From contig LWCA01000187.1 in NCBI GenBank assembly GCA_001642005.1, forward strand, positions 1 to 42,774: 42,774 bases of DNA, in the 5' to 3' direction. The notes below the pieces were generated by a model. It ran no database searches and was not told the DNA's origin. It saw only the letters and a list, made by a program, of their open reading frames with translations. Shown here one piece after another: positions 35,501 through 42,774 of the stretch. Source of the DNA: Intoshia linei. Its lineage: Eukaryota > Animalia > Orthonectida. Made by a program: the position numbers and the translations under genes. Each line of letters starts with the position of its first letter. Position 1 is the stretch's first letter.

Positions 35501-36711
35501 AAACTTAGAGGAAGTTTTGGAAATATTAAATTGTTGTTTGATTTAAAAAATAATGCCAAAATTGTCACTAAAATTATACCAATACGATGTTACCTTATTA
35601 ATCAAGTAAATATTGATGCACAATTGAATTAATTAAAACTGGATTTATTAATGATAATTATAGACCCAGAAAACCGATAATTGTCAATCAATTCTGAATG
35701 AAATAAAAATAATCAAATCCATGAACCATGTAAGTTAACCCTTAACATGGCTTGCGTTAATATATCGTATTTAGCCGCTTATTGTTAAATACATCGATGC
35801 TATTAAAAAAATCAATTCCGAGTTTTGGATTTTAATGGAATAGTAATATTACTATTATGTATCATTGCACATTAAAATTAGTGTACCTGGTGGCGATTTG
35901 TTTGACAAAATAGAAAGCCATGGACCATTCAATGAATCATTTGCATATCCAATTTTTTACCAAATATTGGTGGCCGTTGAGGTAAAGTGCAAAAAAATTA
36001 AATTAAAAATGTTAACATTATTCAGTTTATTCATGAAAATGGAGTGACACACAGAGATTTAAAGGTTTGCTGAAGATTAAATGCAGTTACACTATTTTAG
36101 CCAGAAAATATTTTATTAAACTTTATCAATAACACATTCTATGTCAAGGTTTATTCTTTTTTTTATATACATTTTTCAGATTGGAGATTTTGGATTTTCC
36201 AAAGTTACCAAGAGTAAAAATTTAAAATCAATTGTGGGAACAGATATTTACATTGCTCCCGAGATTTTGAAAATTGAAAACGGAACGTATGATCAAACAT
36301 TTTATACCAATTCTATCGATATATGGAGTTGCGGAATCCTTTTTTATATTTGGTACTTTATTTTTCATATGAAAAATTTAATTTTTTTTATTTTTAGCAT
36401 GACTAAAAAATCACCTTTTTACCAAAACTACAAATCTTTATTAGTAAATGTTCCAGGAATTGATAAAATCATTAATTTTAAGCTTTTGCAGAAATTTCCG
36501 GGTTACATTATAATTTTTTCGTATAATCTGTTTTAGATATTAAAATGTTAGTTAAACAAATGTGTGACATTGATCCTTTGAAACGCATACCCATTTCCTT
36601 GGCTAAAGAATCAAAGATATTCAATGTATATATTTTTGTTACAAAAATTTATATACTTTTTAGAAAAAAATTAAGGAAATTACCCAAAATTATGTAAATA
36701 TTGTAAAATAA
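32590..36711 (+). CDS. CHEK2: Checkpoint kinase 2 (SQ/TQ cluster, FHA, Ser/Thr kinase)
   Basis: TQSLTSQDSQISQ cluster then WGIL. FHA motifs YTFGRGINCDY...CSIVHF (32776-32902) and ITDVSKNGTYLN (35069-35207). Kinase motifs IGRGSFG, GGDLFDKI, THRDLKPENILL, IGDFGFSK, GTDIYIAPEIL and IDIWSCG lie across mini-introns. Confidence 0.92.
32967..34275 (-). mobile_element. hAT element relic with perfect 8-bp TSD CTTATCAT in a CHEK2 intron
   Basis: CTTATCAT|TAGGGC ... GCCCTA|CTTATCAT. The minus strand encodes the hATC-like PSTSNGVERNFSMLKKLLTKQRNF. Confidence 0.8.
34297..34927 (+). mobile_element. Helitron-like family A copy (CHEK2 intron)
   Basis: A|TCCTAACTTATATAAAAGGCTACGCGATTTTTGTTTGTGTGTG start. 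It is the reverse complement of the other copies. Confidence 0.72.
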
Positions 36712-36912
36712 ATATATTACTTAAACATTAAGGGTTCCTAAACTCGACAGTGTCCACAGGTACGTGACAATAAAAGTTTATAAAATTCCAGTCTCAAATA
36801 TGGTAGTTAGTAACTACCATTCGAAGAGTAATCATTACTCAGTAATGACGATTTGTCACCAATAATTATTATTTCTCAATTTAACAAATTCAACTAACTT
36901 TATTATATAATC

Positions 36913-37375
36913 ATGATTAGCCTAAGATCAAAAAAGTTTTTTCTAATTTTGACACTATTGTTAATTCTATGTATAATTTATATTCGCCATTTACAAATAA
37001 AGTACCTCAAAGAAAGATTCACGTATAAATTTTCTGAAATTATAAACGAAGCCAAAGTAGTTGTAATATCGAAATCTTACTGTTTGTACAGTCAAAAAGC
37101 TAAGAATGCGTTTGAAAAGCTAATTCATGAAGGCATTTTAGACGAACAGGATTACAAAGTCCATGATATTGAATATGATCCCCATATGAATGAAATACAA
37201 AATATTTTAAAAGATTTAACAGGATCCAGGACGGTAAATTTCGATTAAAAAGATTACTTGTACTTTTACTTAGGTACCAGCTATATTTCTCAATAGCAAG
37301 TATATTGGAGGTGGTTCAGACATTGAAAGTTTATATAAAACCAAAAATTTACATAGCATCGTTCAAGGAAAATAA
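36913..37375 (+). CDS. Glutaredoxin, monothiol (CLYS), with N-terminal signal/anchor
   Basis: Exons 36913-37233 and 37274-37375. Motifs VVVISKSYCLYSQKAK, LKDLTGSRT/VPAIFLNSKYIGGGSDI. Hydrophobic N-terminus FFLILTLLLILCIIYI. Confidence 0.9.
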
Positions 37376-37389
37376 ATTTATTCAATATC

Positions 37390-40300
37390 TCAACAGTCTC
37401 TATTAATTCTTTCAAGAATTGCATCATAACTATCCAATTCATTTTGCTGCAATAATCCCACCTTTTCTTTCATTGATACTTTTTTTTGATAATTTTCATT
37501 CATAGAACTGGTTGTTGCATTTCCATTGACAAGACTTGTTTTTACTCGTTTTGCGGGTTTCTCTTGGTGTATGTTTATTTTCGTGTCAAGGGATTTAACG
37601 CCAAAATTATCCAAACATCTTGTCATTTGAAAATCAAACAATTCTTTGCGAAAAACTTTACCTCGGCGGTATCTATTTTTAATAAACATGATGAAATTTT
37701 CTTTATCATCAGTTTTAAAATAATATTTGAATATTCCACTAGTTGAACTGTATTTACCACCTTTAGTGTTAATCAAATCTTGAATACCATCACTTTCTTG
37801 TTGGGCAGTACGTTTTATGTTCTAAATTTTGTATATAATTATATTCAAACGTTCATATATCTAGGGCAGTGGCCAACAAACTTTTTGACATGGGGCCGGA
37901 ATAACTAATAGGAATTTACGCCAAAGTCTATACAACGGCTATATATTTATTTAAAAAACCCCACTTTTATTTCACCGTTAATAAAATTTACAATGCCATA
38001 AGTGTTAATAAAAAATACTATTTCAAACACCCTGGGAAAAATCAACTTTCACCGATATTTTTTTGAAAAATCAAATTTCACCAATGCTTAAGGAAAGATC
38101 CTTTTTTCCAATATTTTTTTAAAAACGATTTTACCAAATCTTATAAGAGAAAAAAAATTTAATTTTTTCATCAATATTTTGAAATGAACTCTATGCGTAC
38201 ACTATTTGAATCGGGAACCACTGACTTATATATAATTTAAATTTCTAAAACTTTAGCAAAATATCAAAAGTGGACCGTGTCACCTGGACACTATAACACA
38301 GGGATAAGTAACCTTATGACGGAAACGGTAAATTTCGAATAGTAGATTCTGATAATTTTGCTAACCTGACACATAAACAATGTACTACACACTGTTGGTA
38401 TTTAGTAAAATGACAGTGGATTGAAAAATAAAATTTTTTTCAGAAAAAATATGCATGCCGGATTCGACACGCGGGTTTCCCTTCATTGTTCTAATGTAAA
38501 ATAGATATCAACATTAAATAGGACTATAAAAATTAAATTATCGAGATCAGATATACCTCAACCTTTATTTATATAAAAATGTCTTACCGTTTAAATTAAA
38601 AATGAAATCTTAAAATTTAACAAACCCCCCACTCTAATACAGATTTTCGAGAGGGATGCTATATCGCAAATTTGATTTTCATAAATTAAATTTTTCAAAG
38701 TCAAAAACGCAAAATAATCCTTTTTTATATAAATGAATCCTAAAATTTTATAAAACATACATTATGGTAAGTTTTTAAATCAAATCAACCAATATTTTTC
38801 AAAATTTTAAATTATAATGTAAATATTGACCCTACAATTATAATTGATAATACAACATGGCCCGGTAGGGCTAGTTGATGTTTATACAAAGTACATAACA
38901 GTCAAGCTAGATTAATATAAAACGACCTTTCTAATTAAATATCTAATGCTCTGTTTAAATTTTTTGAATTTTTTTTCATCAGTCGAAATCATTCTCACTA
39001 TGTGTAACCTTCTCAATCTTTCAATTCGTCTCTAAATCATAATATACTATACTATAAATCACAATCTACAATGGAAAATATATCCATTATAATGGGGTCC
39101 CAAATATTTTTTACAACAGACGTTAATTATAAATTAATTTTCAAGAAATATTGAAATGTTATTAATAATTTAACTATATCACTTTATGATTAAAATTAAT
39201 GAGGGAACCGATATATTTTTCATTTATCCCTTTTTATATAAAAGTTAAAGTCTGTTACAGCTTATTTATAAAATTAAGACTCATAGAAGTTAAAAAACCC
39301 AAATTCTATTAGTTTTTCAAGGCCAATGCAGTATCAACTTAATTCTCAGAAATTGAGACCATCAGAGTTAAAAACTACTAGTCTCAGAAATTACTAAAAA
39401 TGAATTTGAAACAATTTTCTCTAGTTGATTTAGAAAAACAACCTTTTCTAAGAATTAATTTTAGAAGGGTATGAGTAGCTTACCCCACTATATTTACAGT
39501 CAAATATTTATCATAAAAAAGATTAAATAATTACTCTTAAAATGCAAAATTTTTTGGATATTTTATCGGCAACAGCACCCTGAAATGGTGAATAATATGG
39601 TAAAGTATCATTTTTGAATTCATCAGAACATTTAATGATATCATATTCGACAAAATCACGAATTCTTTGAAATTGATCAGATGCATCTTCAACTAAATAC
39701 AAAAAATTAACAATTAAAAATAAATTAAACCTGAAACGTCCTGAATTCGTGAATTTTGGTGAGCCCATTGATAAATAGATTTAAGAAGTCTTGATCCGTG
39801 GCCTCTTCTCTGATAAGGTGGGAGAATCATGGCTTGACTAAAAATGTGACTTTAATAACAAGAAAATACCTGACACGTAATCGACGTGTTCCCGGATATT
39901 TATAAAAGGAATATGTTGTAATAAACCCTATAAATTTGTGAACGTCTTGTGTTGTTTCAAATCTATTTTATTACAAGATAAATGAGCTTTACGTTTAAAT
40001 CAATCAAAATTACAGATAGAAAACATTCCATGATGTGTCATTTACATTAATATACGAAGCGGCGTCCACAAAGAATAAAATGAACCGCTGCGCTTGATAA
40101 TGATACTTGGATATATCGTTACTTTCCGTGGAACCGTAATACACAGAGAATGTAGCATCATTGAGTGAATATGTGTTGACTAGTTTTCCCGGAGGAATAA
40201 ACTTTTGATGAGATGCCATATTTGATCGGAAATCTTCAATAGAATAATTGTACGATTGATTAAGATACAATTCTTTATTCAAAATAGATATAACGTCATC

Positions 40301-40681
40301 TGGCTAGCGAAAGGTAAATGTACTGTAAAATTAAAAATTGAATTAAAACCTTGGTATCAGTTTCATCAACTTTATGAGAATAATTAAATTTTACGTAAAA
40401 ATCTAGGGTTTCGACACTATATAAGATATTTATAGCTGGAGATTCATATCCATAAATAGACTCACTAAAAATAATTTTTTTTAGTAAAATGTACTATACT
40501 TGCACCCAAAAATCTGATGTGTCATGTCTGGATGAAAGGTTTCGCGTAAATCTGATCCATCACTTGAAACTACCAATTATCATTTAACATAACTATCTAA
40601 ACCTGGAATGAATGTGACGCTCTCGTTAGCATCTGCTAAATATTTTTTTTTAACACTACTAATTTCAACATTGTCATCCAT
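37390..40681 (-). CDS. HAT1: Histone acetyltransferase type B catalytic subunit
   Basis: Motifs [69 protein letters not shown] and VEDASDQFQRIRDFV. The last exon is 37390-37821. Confidence 0.93.
37866..38223. mobile_element. hAT-type MITE containing a family C segment (HAT1 intron)
   Basis: Ends CAGTGGCCAACAAAC / GGGAACCACTG. The interior is the reverse of 28560-28750-type sequence. Confidence 0.5.
38560..38910 (+). mobile_element. Short diverged Helitron-like copy with 3' hairpin and CTAG end
   Basis: Family A-like body (AACCAATATTTTTCAAA, CCTACAATT) joined to TGTTTATAC-AAA-GTACATAACAG-TCAAG-CTAG. Confidence 0.6.
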
Positions 40682-40801
40682 AATACTAATTGCGCTAGTT
40701 GGTGAAGACCACTTTAGTAACTCAAAAAGTCTTTGGTTACACTTAACAAAACGGAATAAAAATTTATTGAAACATGACTATCGTTTAAAAGATGCAATGA
40801 A

Positions 40802-41328
40802 TTAATATGGTACGGAATCTAAAGTTGTATAAATTAAAATGTAAAATGTATCATACTTCTTTTGCACGTTTTCAAAGCATCACTAAACTGTTGACAAAAT
40901 GAAATATCGTTATTCATATTTGTGCATTTGATGAATTGTTGCAATTCGTATGAACATGCACCTCCATTCATTTCATTTGACACGGGTTGCCGATAATCCC
41001 GAGGATTAGCTTCAGCATAGTCGACATTCTCAGATTGTGACATTCCCCCTGTTAGAGCTCCACCGATAGCATGCCCCTAAACGTAAAAGTCCATTTTCGA
41101 AAATTAAATTAAAAATACCACAGTCGAACCAATAGCCACTCCAGCTGCAGTTGATGCCATGTTTGCCATTAAACCAGGTTGGCGAGGCGCCTGTGTGAGC
41201 GAACTTTCTTTTCTAGTTGTCAATCCATTTCTCGATGGACTACTCCTTCTAGCTGGTTTTGAACCAAAGCTAATTTCTATTATTCAAATGTTTTATTTTT
41301 AATATTACAATGATCTTCTTCTCGCCAT
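40802..41328 (-). CDS. CHCHD2: CHCHD2/CHCHD10 (Mix17) family mitochondrial twin CX9C protein
   Basis: R/S-rich N-terminus, [31 protein letters not shown], and twin CX9C (CSYELQQFIKC, CQQFSDALKTC). Three mini-introns. Confidence 0.93.
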
Positions 41329-41434
41329 TAATTTAATTTTAAAATTTGACCTGAAATTTACAAATAAAGTTGAATATAAATAAATATTTGCGTTGTTAAA
41401 GTAATTTTTAATTTAAAAAAATATAGTACAATGT

Positions 41435-42621
<1,187 letters not shown>

Positions 42622-42774
42622 GAGCGAAAATAAGTTTATTTTAATTTACATGATTACTCTTTTAATTAAAGTAGTGTGTCCATAAGTACTTATATTTGAC
42701 ATTTAAAAATAAGTACTAAATAAGTACTCATAAATACCATAGATAATTTTAGTCAATATTTTACTTGTAATTTT

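Overview
This is very AT-rich eukaryotic (metazoan) genomic DNA, not prokaryotic. Genes are split by many ~32-50 bp GT-AG introns, plus a few kb-scale introns packed with transposons. This architecture, and a myomodulin-type neuropeptide, suggest a compact spiralian genome such as an orthonectid (inference only). Manual splicing gives nine genes, most of them barely visible in the ORF track. They are a two-SH2 PI3K regulatory subunit-like gene (+), a divergent ARMC8/GID5 spread over 10.5 kb (+), a frameshift-riddled Tudor-like/helical/Schlafen(AlbA_2)-like gene (-), an MLRLamide neuropeptide precursor (-), CHEK2 (+), a signal-anchored monothiol glutaredoxin (+), and a tightly packed KRR1-CHCHD2/10-HAT1 cluster (-). 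The rest is a mosaic of mobile DNA: a Gypsy RT relic, three hAT transposase relics, hAT MITEs with perfect 8-bp TSDs, a piggyBac MITE (2 copies), an intron-containing Tc1 relic, a Tc1/pogo-type MITE, and more than 10 pieces of a Helitron-like family. The best candidates for new biology are the Tudor-Schlafen-like gene with its biased single-base frameshifts, an operon-like cluster with an apparently unpaired splice acceptor, and the splice-created neuropeptide amidation site. All protein identities come from recognising motifs by eye; no searches were run.
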